A DNA stretch of 63,970 nt, counting the filler, from an uncultured bacterium (GTDB lineage: Bacteria; Auribacterota; CAZIXI01): the NCBI GenBank assembly GCA_964543115.1. It is 4 parts of 4 records of this genome, joined end to end, with 100 filler letters (N's around TTAATTAATTAA, not from the genome) between each part and the next. Parts side by side here need not be neighbours in the genome. Positions count along the whole stretch, not along the records: positions 37,295 to 54,805 come from CAZIXI010000047.1; 3 more parts are not named here. One strand, given 5' to 3'. The notes beneath the pieces were generated by a model. The model was not told where the DNA came from. It saw only the letters and a program-made list of their open reading frames with translations, and ran no database searches. The stretch's first letter is position 1, and every line of letters starts with the position of its first letter. The position numbers were made by a program, and so were the translations under genes. Below, piece after piece: positions 40,990 to 49,859 of this stretch.

Positions 40990-41462
40990 ATAAAGAAGAA
41001 ATTTTAAAAGACTTACAGGAACGGTTTAAAGTCGATATCGTCGATATTTGCGATAAGACGGCTAAACGGAGCTATATTGAAATTAAACCGGAGGCGATCC
41101 GTAGAGTAGGAAAGTATATCTTTAAGGATCTTGGCGCCCGGTTCAGTATCGCCAGCGGCGTGGATTGTCATTTTCATCTAGAAATACTTTATCATTTTAC
41201 CTTTGATGAACTTAATTTCATTATTTCCCTGCGGGTAAAATTAAACAGAGAGAAGCCGGAGATCGATTCATTGGCCACGGAGTTTGAGGCGGCTAACTGG
41301 ATTGAGCGGGAGATGAATGAAATGCTGGGTATCGCGTTTAAGGGGCATCCGGATATGCGTCCGCTGCTCCTGCCCGATGACTGGCCGAAAGGATTATATC
41401 CGTTAAGAAAAGAATACAAAGAATGGGACGACAAGGCCGTTCGTGATCGAGGAATAAAATGA
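40986..41462 (+). CDS. NuoC/MbhK-like subunit
   Basis: AANWIEREMNEMLGIAFKGHPDMRPLLLPDDWP..YPLRK. Confidence 0.92.
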   Translation: MNKEEILKDLQERFKVDIVDICDKTAKRSYIEIKPEAIRRVGKYIFKDLGARFSIASGVDCHFHLEILYHFTFDELNFIISLRVKLNREKPEIDSLATEFEAANWIEREMNEMLGIAFKGHPDMRPLLLPDDWPKGLYPLRKEYKEWDDKAVRDRGIK

Positions 41463-42640
41463 CAAAGACAATAGTTCCCATAGGCCCCTATCATCCATTA
41501 CAGGAAGAACCGGAATTTTTTACCCTGACGGTTGAGGGGGAGACGGTGGTGGATATTGATGTAGCCGTGGGCTATAACCACCGGGGAATAGAAAAACTTT
41601 CTGAACGCAAAACCTTTGATCAGTCCACTTTTCTGGTGGAAAGGATCTGCGGGATCTGTTCTACCAGCCATCCTTTTGCCTATACGCGGGCGGTAGAGGA
41701 TATTATTCCGGTGGAAGTTCCGGAACGGGCCAAGTATATCCGGACGATTATTGCCGAAGGGGAAAGAATTCATTCCCATCTTCTTTGGGCCGGACTGGCG
41801 GGCCATTTTCTGGGGTATAACACCGTTTACATGTGGGCCTGGAAGCTGCGGGAAGAAATCCTTGATGTAATGGAAATACTTTCCGGGAACAGAAACAATT
41901 ACGCGATGTTTACGCCCGGCGGTGTGCGCAGGGATATTAAGGCTGAAGATATTCCGGGAGTGTTAAAGAAGATAGATTCGATTATTCCCACCTGTGTGAT
42001 GCTGAAAAAGGCGGTGATGGACGATCCAGTGCTGCATGGCCGGACAAAAGGAGTAGGGGTACTGACGAAAGAAAAAGCTATCGATTTTTCAGCGCTTGGT
42101 CCCACTTCCCGTTCTTCCGGTGTGGCCAAGGATTTAAGGAAAGATTGCCCTTACGGGATTTACGACAAACTGGATTGGGAAATGATTGTTACGCCCAACG
42201 GCGATGTTTTTGATAAGGTAGTGGTGCGGGTGTTGGAACTTTTTGAATCAATTAAAATGATAAAGGACTGTCTGCAGAAACTCCCCGCGGGAGAGATTAG
42301 TTTAAATATTAAGGATATTCCGCCGGGAGAAGGTATCGGCCAGATAGAAGCGCCGCGGGGCGAGACGTTCCATTACGTAAAAAGCGACGGTACCAACCGG
42401 CCGGCGCGGCACAAGGTGCGGGCGCCGACCTTCATGAATCTGCCGACTTATAAGGCAACGGTAGTTGGTGAAACAATTGCCGACGCCACGATTATCCTGG
42501 CGGCAATTGATCCCTGTTATTGCTGTACCGAACGGGTGGCCGTGCGTAACGTTAAGGGTAAAAAACTCTACACCGGCGAGGATCTGGTGCGGTTGTCCCA
42601 GGAAAAAACAGAAAAGTTAAGACAAAAATATAAACGTTAA
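41459..42640 (+). CDS. Group 4 [NiFe]-hydrogenase large subunit
   Basis: GPYHP, GYNHRGIE, L1 ERICGICSTSH, EAPRGE and L2 DPCYCCTER; all four Ni-ligating Cys are present. Confidence 0.93.
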   Translation: MTKTIVPIGPYHPLQEEPEFFTLTVEGETVVDIDVAVGYNHRGIEKLSERKTFDQSTFLVERICGICSTSHPFAYTRAVEDIIPVEVPERAKYIRTIIAEGERIHSHLLWAGLAGHFLGYNTVYMWAWKLREEILDVMEILSGNRNNYAMFTPGGVRRDIKAEDIPGVLKKIDSIIPTCVMLKKAVMDDPVLHGRTKGVGVLTKEKAIDFSALGPTSRSSGVAKDLRKDCPYGIYDKLDWEMIVTPNGDVFDKVVVRVLELFESIKMIKDCLQKLPAGEISLNIKDIPPGEGIGQIEAPRGETFHYVKSDGTNRPARHKVRAPTFMNLPTYKATVVGETIADATIILAAIDPCYCCTERVAVRNVKGKKLYTGEDLVRLSQEKTEKLRQKYKR

Positions 42641-44274
42641 TGATTATGAATTATCTACATTTTGATTATCTGGCAAACTTTATCGCGATTTTCGTGGTCT
42701 TTTTCTCTCTGTTGACGATCCTTTATTCAGTGGGTTTCATGAAGGGGAAGAAGGGGCAGGTTCGTTACTACCTGTATATATTATTGACCATGTTTGCTTC
42801 CCTGGGCGTGGTTTTTGCCGATAATCTTATTTTCTTTGTTGCCTGCTGGGGTTTCCTGGGCATGCTGCTTTATTTATTGATAGATTTCGGCGATAAGGAG
42901 CGCACGTCGGCAACCGCCAAGAAGACATTTATAATTATCGGCGGTACTGACGCCTTTATGCTGCTGGGAATCGGGTTGATCTGGCATCTTTCCGGGTCAA
43001 TGGATATGAGTAAGATCAGTCTGGCCTTTGACAACCGGCTGGCGGTAATTGCTTATCTTTGTCTGGCGCTAGGCGCCTTTGCCAAGGCCGGGGCGATGCC
43101 TGTGCATACCTGGGTGCCGGATACGGCAGAGGACGCGCCCACACCGGTGACCGCTTTTCTGCCAGCTTCTCTGGATAAACTCTTAGGCATATATTTTCTG
43201 GCCAGGATTTCTCTGGATGTATTTAAGATGGATTTCGGCATGAACACGTTTCTCATGCTGATCGGCAGTGTGACGGTAGTGGCGGCGGTAATGATGGCGC
43301 TTATCCAGCATGATATGAAGAGGCTGCTGGGTTATCACGCGGTCAGTCAGGTAGGCTATATGGTGCTGGGTATCGGTACGGGCAACCCCATCGGGATTGC
43401 CGGCGGCCTGTTTCATATGTTAAATCACGCGATTTATAAATCCTGTCTGTTCTTTTCCGGCGGCTCGGTAGAAAAAAAGACGGGAACAACTAATCTGGAT
43501 AAATTAGGCGGCCTGGCCAAGGGTATGCCGATTACCTTTATTACCTTTTTAATTGCCGCTTTTGCTATTTCCGGTGTGCCGCCGTTTAACGGTTTTGCCT
43601 CTAAATGGATGGTCTATCAGGGAGTGATCGAAACCGGCAAGAATGGCAGCCATCTCTGGATCATCTGGCTGGTGGCGGCGATGTTCGGCAGTGCCTTAAC
43701 CCTGGCCAGTTTTATGAAGCTGGTGCATGCTATTTTCCTCGGTCAACCTGCAAGTAAAGAGAACCGGGGTGAAGTAGGCCCGACTATGTTAATCCCGACA
43801 ATCATTCTGGCTTCGTTGTGCGTGATCTTTGGTGTGTTTGTCTATCAGGTTCCGTTAAAGCTTTTTATCTTACCTAGTTTACCGATGGCGGTTACCTGGA
43901 CGGGGATTTGGAATTCCGGTCTGGCCACTGCCCTGATCATTGTCGGGCTGATTATCGGTTTTATTATTTATCTTTTGGGAACGGTAAAGAAGACCCGGGA
44001 GGCAGAGATCTTTGTCGGTGGTGAATTGGTTGAGCAGCATCCGGAGATGCGCCTTTCCGGAACGGAGTTTTACCGGACCATTCAGGAGATGGGGATCTTA
44101 AAAACGATTTATCGCCTGGCCTTAAAACGCTGGTTTGATATTTATGATGTGGGGTCGAAGCTGACTTTCGGCTTTAATAGACTTTTAAGTTTTATCCATA
44201 ACGGGGTATTGCCTACTTATCTTGCCTGGTGCCTGTTAGGGATGCTCGTCCTTTTTTATATATTATTGAGGTAA
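42640..44274 (+). CDS. Antiporter-like subunit (NuoL/MrpA/HyfB-like)
   Basis: AKAGAMPVHTWVPD, DMKRLLGYHAVSQVGYM, HMLNHAIYKSCLF and GVPPFNGFASKW. Confidence 0.92.
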   Translation: MIMNYLHFDYLANFIAIFVVFFSLLTILYSVGFMKGKKGQVRYYLYILLTMFASLGVVFADNLIFFVACWGFLGMLLYLLIDFGDKERTSATAKKTFIIIGGTDAFMLLGIGLIWHLSGSMDMSKISLAFDNRLAVIAYLCLALGAFAKAGAMPVHTWVPDTAEDAPTPVTAFLPASLDKLLGIYFLARISLDVFKMDFGMNTFLMLIGSVTVVAAVMMALIQHDMKRLLGYHAVSQVGYMVLGIGTGNPIGIAGGLFHMLNHAIYKSCLFFSGGSVEKKTGTTNLDKLGGLAKGMPITFITFLIAAFAISGVPPFNGFASKWMVYQGVIETGKNGSHLWIIWLVAAMFGSALTLASFMKLVHAIFLGQPASKENRGEVGPTMLIPTIILASLCVIFGVFVYQVPLKLFILPSLPMAVTWTGIWNSGLATALIIVGLIIGFIIYLLGTVKKTREAEIFVGGELVEQHPEMRLSGTEFYRTIQEMGILKTIYRLALKRWFDIYDVGSKLTFGFNRLLSFIHNGVLPTYLAWCLLGMLVLFYILLR

Positions 44275-44278
44275 TTTT

Positions 44279-44809
44279 ATGCTGGAACTTTATTTGCTGC
44301 TGGGCTTTATGATTGTGGGCGCGATTATCGCCGTGGAGATTAAGGATCTCCTTTCTTCGGTGGTTGCCGTCGGGGCCGTTGGCCTGGGGCTTTCGGTGGT
44401 CTTCCTCATCCTTAAGGCGCCGGATGTGGCGATTACCCAGCTGGTGGTAGAAATTCTGGCCCTGGTTATTTTGATCCGGGCGACTTTGAGGAAGGATCTG
44501 CCTTTTTCCACTTCCGGCCGCTGGCTGTTGAATACATTAATTACCGTCTGTTTTATTATTGTGTTTTTAATTATTTCCGTTAAGTGCGTCTGTGAGCTGC
44601 CGCAATTTGGTTCACCGCTGATGCGGATAGCCAGTACCTACGTCAGTCAGGGGCTGCAGCAGACTGGGGCGGCCAATATTGTTTCGTCGGTTATTCTGGA
44701 TTACCGTGCCTATGATACACTGGGTGAGGCAACGGTGTTATTAACGGCGGTTGTGGGTGTGCTGGCGGTGGTCAGGACAATCGGCAGGAAAAAAGAAGGA
44801 GCGAAATGA
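44279..44809 (+). CDS. DUF4040 + MnhB-like subunit (MbhD/E-type)
   Basis: LKAPDVAITQLVVE and NIVSSVILDYRAYDTLGEATVL. Confidence 0.88.
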   Translation: MLELYLLLGFMIVGAIIAVEIKDLLSSVVAVGAVGLGLSVVFLILKAPDVAITQLVVEILALVILIRATLRKDLPFSTSGRWLLNTLITVCFIIVFLIISVKCVCELPQFGSPLMRIASTYVSQGLQQTGAANIVSSVILDYRAYDTLGEATVLLTAVVGVLAVVRTIGRKKEGAK

Positions 44810-45258
44810 GCAGGGAACACGAACAGGGAATGTCATTGATCGTTAAAACCATTACCCGGTTAACTGTCGGCTTAATACTGCTTTATGGTATCTATATCGT
44901 TGTGCACGGGCACATAAGCCCGGGCGGCGGTTTTGCCGGCGGGGTAATTATGGCTCTTTCTTTTGTGCATTTAATGCTGGCCTATGGTAAGGATGTGGCC
45001 CTGAAGAAAATCTCCCTGGGAGTAACCTCGTTTTTTGAGAGTTTCGGGGCGGTCATGTTTCTGGGTATAGCCCTGTTGGGGTATACCGGCGGGTATTTCT
45101 TTTTGAATTTTCTGGCGAAGGGGCAGCCGTTCCATCTGTTTAGCGCCGGGATAATCCCTCTTTGTAATATTGCCATCAGTTTCAAGGTCGGTGCCGGACT
45201 GTTTGCCATTTTTGCGGCCCTGGCAATGGTAAAGATAATAGCGGAGAAAAAAGAATGA
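44806..45258 (+). CDS. mnhB: Mrp antiporter subunit B (MnhB/MbhF)
   Basis: HGHISPGGGFAGGV. Confidence 0.9.
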   Translation: MSREHEQGMSLIVKTITRLTVGLILLYGIYIVVHGHISPGGGFAGGVIMALSFVHLMLAYGKDVALKKISLGVTSFFESFGAVMFLGIALLGYTGGYFFLNFLAKGQPFHLFSAGIIPLCNIAISFKVGAGLFAIFAALAMVKIIAEKKE

Positions 45259-45593
45259 GTGTGTATTTGCTTTGTTTGGTGTTGTTTGCAATCGGACTTT
45301 ATTGCGTCCTGCGCAAACGCAATGTGATAAAGATTATTATTGGTGTAATCATTATGGAATACGCCGTGCATTTGTTTTTTATCCTGGTAGGCTACCGGGC
45401 AAACGGCCGGGCACCGATACTTTCGCCGGACGCGGATATTACCAATATGGTTGATCCGCTGCCGCAGGCCCTGGTCTTGACCGCCATTGTGATCGGGCTG
45501 GCCACAACCGCTTTGATGATCGCCATTGCCATGCGCCTTTATGAAAAGTACGGAACTTTTGATATTACTAAAATCAGGGAGTTAAGGGGATGA
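45255..45593 (+). CDS. mnhC: Mrp antiporter subunit C (MnhC/MbhG)
   Basis: VDPLPQALVLTAIVIGLATTA. Confidence 0.92.
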   Translation: MSVYLLCLVLFAIGLYCVLRKRNVIKIIIGVIIMEYAVHLFFILVGYRANGRAPILSPDADITNMVDPLPQALVLTAIVIGLATTALMIAIAMRLYEKYGTFDITKIRELRG

Positions 45594-47101
45594 TGTCACC
45601 GGAATCAATTTTACCATTTTTCGTCGCGCTTCCGCTTGCCGGAGCCTTTCTCATTTGTATGCTGGGGAAAAGATTTAAGCAGTTGCCGGATATTCTGGGG
45701 AATCTGGTTACCTTGCTGCTCTTAACCCTTTCGGTGCTGAGTGTTTTTCTCCTCAAACAGAATGGCGCGTTGGTCTATAAGGTGGGCAGCTGGGGCGGGA
45801 ATCCGCCGCTGGGTATTATCATGGCCCTGGATGGTTTGAGTGTTTTTATGCTGGTTACCGTTAATCTGGTAGCCTTTACAGTTTCTCTTTATTCCATTAA
45901 TTATATGGAACGGTTCACCGCCAAATGGCAGTTTTATGCCCTATTTTTGCTGATGCTGGCGGGATTGAACGGGGTAGTGGCTACCGGTGATCTTTTCAAT
46001 CTGTTTGTCTTCCTGGAAATCGCGGCGGTGTCCAGTTATGCCCTGGTGGCTTTTGGCACGGAAAAGCATGAATTAGAGGCGGCCTTTAAATACGCGGTTA
46101 TGGGCACAGTGGCCTCCTTGTTTATTCTTTTAGGCATAGTATTGCTCTACAGTTATACCTCTACCCTGAATATGGCGGATATGGCCAATCAGATAGCGCA
46201 GAAGGGTTCTGGCAACGTAGTGTTGTTTGTCAGTATCTTATTTATTATGGGGTTTGGTTTGAAATCAGCCCTGGTCCCTTTCCATGCCTGGCTGCCGGAT
46301 GCCCATCCTTCAGCGCCGGCACCGATCTCAGCCATGCTTTCCGGGGTACTAATAAAAGCACTGGGTATTTATGCGCTCTGCCGCATTTTTTATAATATTA
46401 TCGGGATAACACCCGCGCTTTCCAGTATTTTAATGTTTCTCGGCGCGCTTTCCATGGTTATCGGCGTGTTCCTGGCCATCGGCCAATGGGATCTTAAACG
46501 GCTCCTGGCCTATCATTCCATCAGTCAGATCGGCTACGTGGTTTTGGGTATTGGCCTCGGCACACCGCTGGGAATTATCGGCGGCTTATTTCACCTGTTT
46601 AATCATTCAATATTTAAATCACTGCTTTTCTTGAATTCCGGCTCACTGGAATATGCTACCGGTACGCGTGATCTGCGTAAAATGGGCGGGTTGATGAGCA
46701 AAATGCCGGTTACCGGCACAACCAACCTGACGGCGTCAATGGCCATTGCCGGGATTCCGCCGTTTAATGGTTTCTGGAGCAAACTGATTATTATTATCGC
46801 CGCTGTGCAGGCCGGCAGGTACGGTTATGCCTTCTGGGCGGTATTGGCCAGTCTGTTGACCCTGGCCTCGTTTATGAAGGTGATGAAATACGGCTTTTTC
46901 GGTAAGTTACGGGGAACATTGACGGCGGTAAAAGAGGTTCCTGTTTTTATGAAATTAGCGACAGCGATTCTGGCCCTGGTCTGTCTTTTCGGCGGATTAC
47001 TGGCCCTGGCCGGGGTAAGTGATGTTTTTCTTGATCAGGCAGCTGGCGCGGTGGGCCAGGGAGTTAAATATGCCGTGGCTACCTTAAAGGGGTTAAATTA
47101 A
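45590..47101 (+). CDS. mnhD: Mrp antiporter subunit D (MnhD/MbhH)
   Basis: DLFNLFVFLEI, EAAFKY, KSALVPFHAWLPDAHPSAP and GIPPFNGFWSK. Confidence 0.92.
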   Translation: MMSPESILPFFVALPLAGAFLICMLGKRFKQLPDILGNLVTLLLLTLSVLSVFLLKQNGALVYKVGSWGGNPPLGIIMALDGLSVFMLVTVNLVAFTVSLYSINYMERFTAKWQFYALFLLMLAGLNGVVATGDLFNLFVFLEIAAVSSYALVAFGTEKHELEAAFKYAVMGTVASLFILLGIVLLYSYTSTLNMADMANQIAQKGSGNVVLFVSILFIMGFGLKSALVPFHAWLPDAHPSAPAPISAMLSGVLIKALGIYALCRIFYNIIGITPALSSILMFLGALSMVIGVFLAIGQWDLKRLLAYHSISQIGYVVLGIGLGTPLGIIGGLFHLFNHSIFKSLLFLNSGSLEYATGTRDLRKMGGLMSKMPVTGTTNLTASMAIAGIPPFNGFWSKLIIIIAAVQAGRYGYAFWAVLASLLTLASFMKVMKYGFFGKLRGTLTAVKEVPVFMKLATAILALVCLFGGLLALAGVSDVFLDQAAGAVGQGVKYAVATLKGLN

Positions 47102-47102
47102 A

Positions 47103-47600
47103 ATGGCTAAAAAGATTGTGCTTTTTATCATTAGTTATATTGTCTGGTGCCTGCTGAACTGGCTGCCGGACTGGCAGCATCTCCTGGTGGGTGTTTTTGT
47201 GGCCTGGTTTGTTGCCTTTATGGTCGGGGATTTGTTTGTTAACCGGCCCGGTATCCTGTTTCATCCCCAGCGTTATGTGTATTTTGTTTTTGGTTATTTA
47301 CCCCTGTTTATCTGGGAAGTGCTGAAGGCCAATATTGATGTTGCCTACCGGGTGCTGCATCCACTGTTACCGATAAAGCCCGGTATTGTTAAGGTAAAGA
47401 GCGCACTAAAGTCCGATACGGCATTGACCTTTCTGGCTAATTCCATTACCCTGACGCCGGGAACAATGAGCGTGGATATCGACCGGGATAATGGTGTGCT
47501 TTATATTCACTGGATAAATGTACAGGAAAAGGATGTGGCCAAGGCCACACAGGTGATTGTCGAACGGTTTGAGAAAATACTTAAAAAAATATTTGATTAA
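47103..47600 (+). CDS. mnhE: Mrp antiporter subunit E (MnhE/MbhA)
   Basis: ANIDVAYRVL...PGIV...LANSITLTPGT...LYIHW. Confidence 0.92.
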   Translation: MAKKIVLFIISYIVWCLLNWLPDWQHLLVGVFVAWFVAFMVGDLFVNRPGILFHPQRYVYFVFGYLPLFIWEVLKANIDVAYRVLHPLLPIKPGIVKVKSALKSDTALTFLANSITLTPGTMSVDIDRDNGVLYIHWINVQEKDVAKATQVIVERFEKILKKIFD

Positions 47601-47705
47601 TAGTCTATACTTATTTCTCTATAGCAGTTCCACCCTAAAGGGCGGCGAATCCCGACAAGTCGGGACTGCGAAAAGCCTGAAGCCCGAGCGAAACTTGGGA
47701 AGGAT
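47601..47705. repeat. Modular palindromic intergenic element, copy 1
   Basis: TAGTCTATACTTATTTCTCTATAGCAG head, CCCTAAAGGG and CCCGACAAGTCGGG hairpins, GCGAAACTTGGGAAGG tail; shared with the 49071 and 58335 copies. Confidence 0.7.
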
Positions 47706-47714
47706 CAGTATAAG

Positions 47715-48083
47715 ATGAAAATTTTACGATGGCTTATCGGAACAGTTCTCTTAACCGGGATAGTTATTTTTATTATTATCCGGCCGTTTCCTTTTCTCTT
47801 TTGTCCGAGCCTGCCTCATATGGCGCTGGTGGGCCGGGCCATTTATGTGATTGTACTGGCTTGTTTGTTTTGCCTCTATCGTATCTGGCGGGGGCCGACC
47901 GGAGCGGACCGGATCGTGGCCATTGATATTCTGGGTATTATGATTGTTGGTTTATGCGCTATCCTTTCTATTGCTACCGGTAGAAACTGGTACATTGATA
48001 TTGGTATTGCCTGGGCCCTGCAGAGTTTTATCGGTGCTCTGGCGCTTTCCAAATATCTGGAAGGAAGAGGATTCGAGGAATAA
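47715..48083 (+). CDS. mnhF: Mrp antiporter subunit F (MnhF/MbhB) with an extra N-terminal TM segment
   Basis: YRIWRGPTGADRIVAIDILG...FIGALALSKYL. Confidence 0.88.
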   Translation: MKILRWLIGTVLLTGIVIFIIIRPFPFLFCPSLPHMALVGRAIYVIVLACLFCLYRIWRGPTGADRIVAIDILGIMIVGLCAILSIATGRNWYIDIGIAWALQSFIGALALSKYLEGRGFEE

Positions 48084-48127
48084 ACGCGGATCTGACGCGG
48101 ATCTGACGCGGATCTGACGCAGATCAC
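48084..48127 (+). repeat. 11-bp tandem repeat (ACGCGGATCTG)x3 + ACGCAGATCAC
   Basis: Read directly from the sequence. Confidence 0.95.
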
Positions 48128-48141
48128 ACATTAGGGAGATT

Positions 48142-48477
48142 ATGAGTGATGTGATAGGATTAATATTTATTGGTATTGGGTTAGCGTTTGATGTTTTTGG
48201 TTGCTTAGGTTTAGTACGTTTACCGGATGTTTATAACCGCCTGCAGGCGGCAACAAAATGCGTCACCCTGGGTACCTGCAGTATTTTATTCGGGACCTTT
48301 CTGGTGATGGGATTTACCGGGGCCGGGATTAAATGTCTGCTGGCAATTGTGTTTGTGCTGTTGACCGCGCCGGTAGCCGCTCATGCTATTGCTCGTGGCG
48401 CCCATCGGGCCGGAGTTAGCCTTTGTGAAGGCAGCGTAGTGGATAAGTATAAGGAAGATAAGGAAGGCGAAGTGTGA
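48142..48477 (+). CDS. mnhG: Mrp antiporter subunit G (MnhG/MbhC)
   Basis: GLVRLPDVYNRLQAATKCVTLG...TAPVAAHAIARGA. Confidence 0.92.
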   Translation: MSDVIGLIFIGIGLAFDVFGCLGLVRLPDVYNRLQAATKCVTLGTCSILFGTFLVMGFTGAGIKCLLAIVFVLLTAPVAAHAIARGAHRAGVSLCEGSVVDKYKEDKEGEV

Positions 48478-49070
48478 AACTACCCAAAATACGAGAACTC
48501 CTGGAAGCAATTAAAGCGCTGATTGTCGGGCCCTATACATCCAAGTTTCCCAAAGTGATGCATGAGGCGCATCCGAATTTTCGCGGCCAGCCTAAATATG
48601 ATGAGAATAAATGCGTGGGTTGCCTGGCCTGTGAAGAGGTCTGTCCGGTAGAGGCGATTGCCCATAAAGATGATGAGGCCAAACGCACAATGATCCATTA
48701 TACCGATACCTGTATTTTCTGCGGCCAGTGTGAGGCTAATTGTATTGCCGACAAAGAGGGAATTAAATTGTCCACCGACTGGGAACTTTCCTTTTTTGAC
48801 AGAAAAGAATCTTTTGAAACAATTGAAAAAGAGTTACAGCTCTGTGAAATCTGCAGCGGGCCGATCGCCTGTAAGGATCACCTGAAGTGGATCGCCGAGC
48901 GCATAGGAGAATTAACATTTTCCAGTCCTACCCTTTACCTTGCCCGTCTTAAAAGTTTGGGAATAACGGATGAGAATACCATTGCCGCGTTGAAAGATTA
49001 CAGCCGGTCCGACCGGGTGAAGATCCTCTGCGCGCGCTGCCGCCGCGAGACCACCTTGACCACCAAGTAA
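48474..49070 (+). CDS. 4Fe-4S subunit (NuoI/HycF/MbhN-like)
   Basis: FRGQP, CVGCLACEEVCP, CIFCGQCEANC, plus CEIC and CARC. Confidence 0.9.
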   Translation: MKLPKIRELLEAIKALIVGPYTSKFPKVMHEAHPNFRGQPKYDENKCVGCLACEEVCPVEAIAHKDDEAKRTMIHYTDTCIFCGQCEANCIADKEGIKLSTDWELSFFDRKESFETIEKELQLCEICSGPIACKDHLKWIAERIGELTFSSPTLYLARLKSLGITDENTIAALKDYSRSDRVKILCARCRRETTLTTK

Positions 49071-49140
49071 TAGTAGTCTATTTATATTCCTATAATGGCA
49101 GCCCCACGCGTAGCGTGGGACAATTTATATTCATTCCAAT
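49071..49140. repeat. Modular palindromic intergenic element, copy 2
   Basis: TAGTCTATTTATATTCCTATAATGGCAGCCCC head, CCCACGCGTAGCGTGGG hairpin and TTTATATTCATTCCAAT. Confidence 0.7.
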
Positions 49141-49155
49141 TAAAAAACATTGTCG

Positions 49156-49644
49156 ATGAGCATTTCACTTACTAACATACTTAAAGGGCGGATTGTCATT
49201 GTCGGCGTCGGTAATATTCTCCGGGGAGATGATGCCTTTGGGCCCGCGCTGATTGAGCGCCTGCAGGGGCAGGTGCCGGCTGTTTGTCTGGATAGTGGAA
49301 CAGCGCCGGAAAACTATGCCGGGAAGATTATTAAAGAGCGGCCGGATACCGTCCTGCTTGTTGACGCGGTACATCTTTCAGCGGAAGCGGGAAGCTGGGA
49401 GATATTAGAGAAAGAGGATATTCTTAAAAGCGGGTTTAGCACCCATGATCTTTCCCCGCGGATGTTTATTGAGTATCTGGAGCAGCAGGTAACGGCCGAT
49501 ATCTATTTACTGGCTGTCCAGCCAAAACAGTTGACTATGGGCGAAGAGCTGAGCCCGGAGATGAGCAGAACCTTGACTGAGGTTGGGGATAAAATTAAGG
49601 AGGCGCTTTGTGCACGAGACACATCTAATTCAACCGATAATTGA
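49156..49644 (+). CDS. hycI: Hydrogenase 3-type maturation endopeptidase
   Basis: VGVGNILRGDDAFGP, APEN, VDA and STHDL; ATG at 49156. Confidence 0.9.
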   Translation: MSISLTNILKGRIVIVGVGNILRGDDAFGPALIERLQGQVPAVCLDSGTAPENYAGKIIKERPDTVLLVDAVHLSAEAGSWEILEKEDILKSGFSTHDLSPRMFIEYLEQQVTADIYLLAVQPKQLTMGEELSPEMSRTLTEVGDKIKEALCARDTSNSTDN

Positions 49645-49852
49645 CGGAATTGCCGAACATACCCGTAAAGAGGGCGGTAAGCGTGTAACCAAGGTAAGGC
49701 TTAAGGTGGGGGAATTTACCGGGGCGAAAGAAGAATCTTTCCGGGAAACGTTTAATGTTCTGGCCAAAGGAACAGTGCTGGAAGGAGCGGAGCTGGAAAT
49801 AACTTTTTTTCAGGCGACCCGGGTAGAGGTAGTTTCATTTGATATTGATTAA
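49610..49852 (+). CDS. hypA: Hydrogenase nickel metallochaperone HypA, lacking the zinc finger (80 aa)
   Basis: GTG start after SD AGGAGG gives MHE; VTKVRLKVGEFTG and GTVLEGAELEI; the protein has no Cys. Confidence 0.85.
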   Translation: MHETHLIQPIIDGIAEHTRKEGGKRVTKVRLKVGEFTGAKEESFRETFNVLAKGTVLEGAELEITFFQATRVEVVSFDID

Positions 49853-49859
49853 ACGGCAA

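Noticed and set aside
41459..42640. Complex I NuoD or Mbx (non-hydrogenase) interpretation
   Set aside because: Both CxxC nickel-binding motifs are intact, and hycI/hyp genes follow.
48084..48127. Possible CRISPR array
   Set aside because: The units are 11 bp and directly adjacent, with no unique spacers and no cas genes. The same applies to the 24-bp pair at 18701/18814, which has only two copies.
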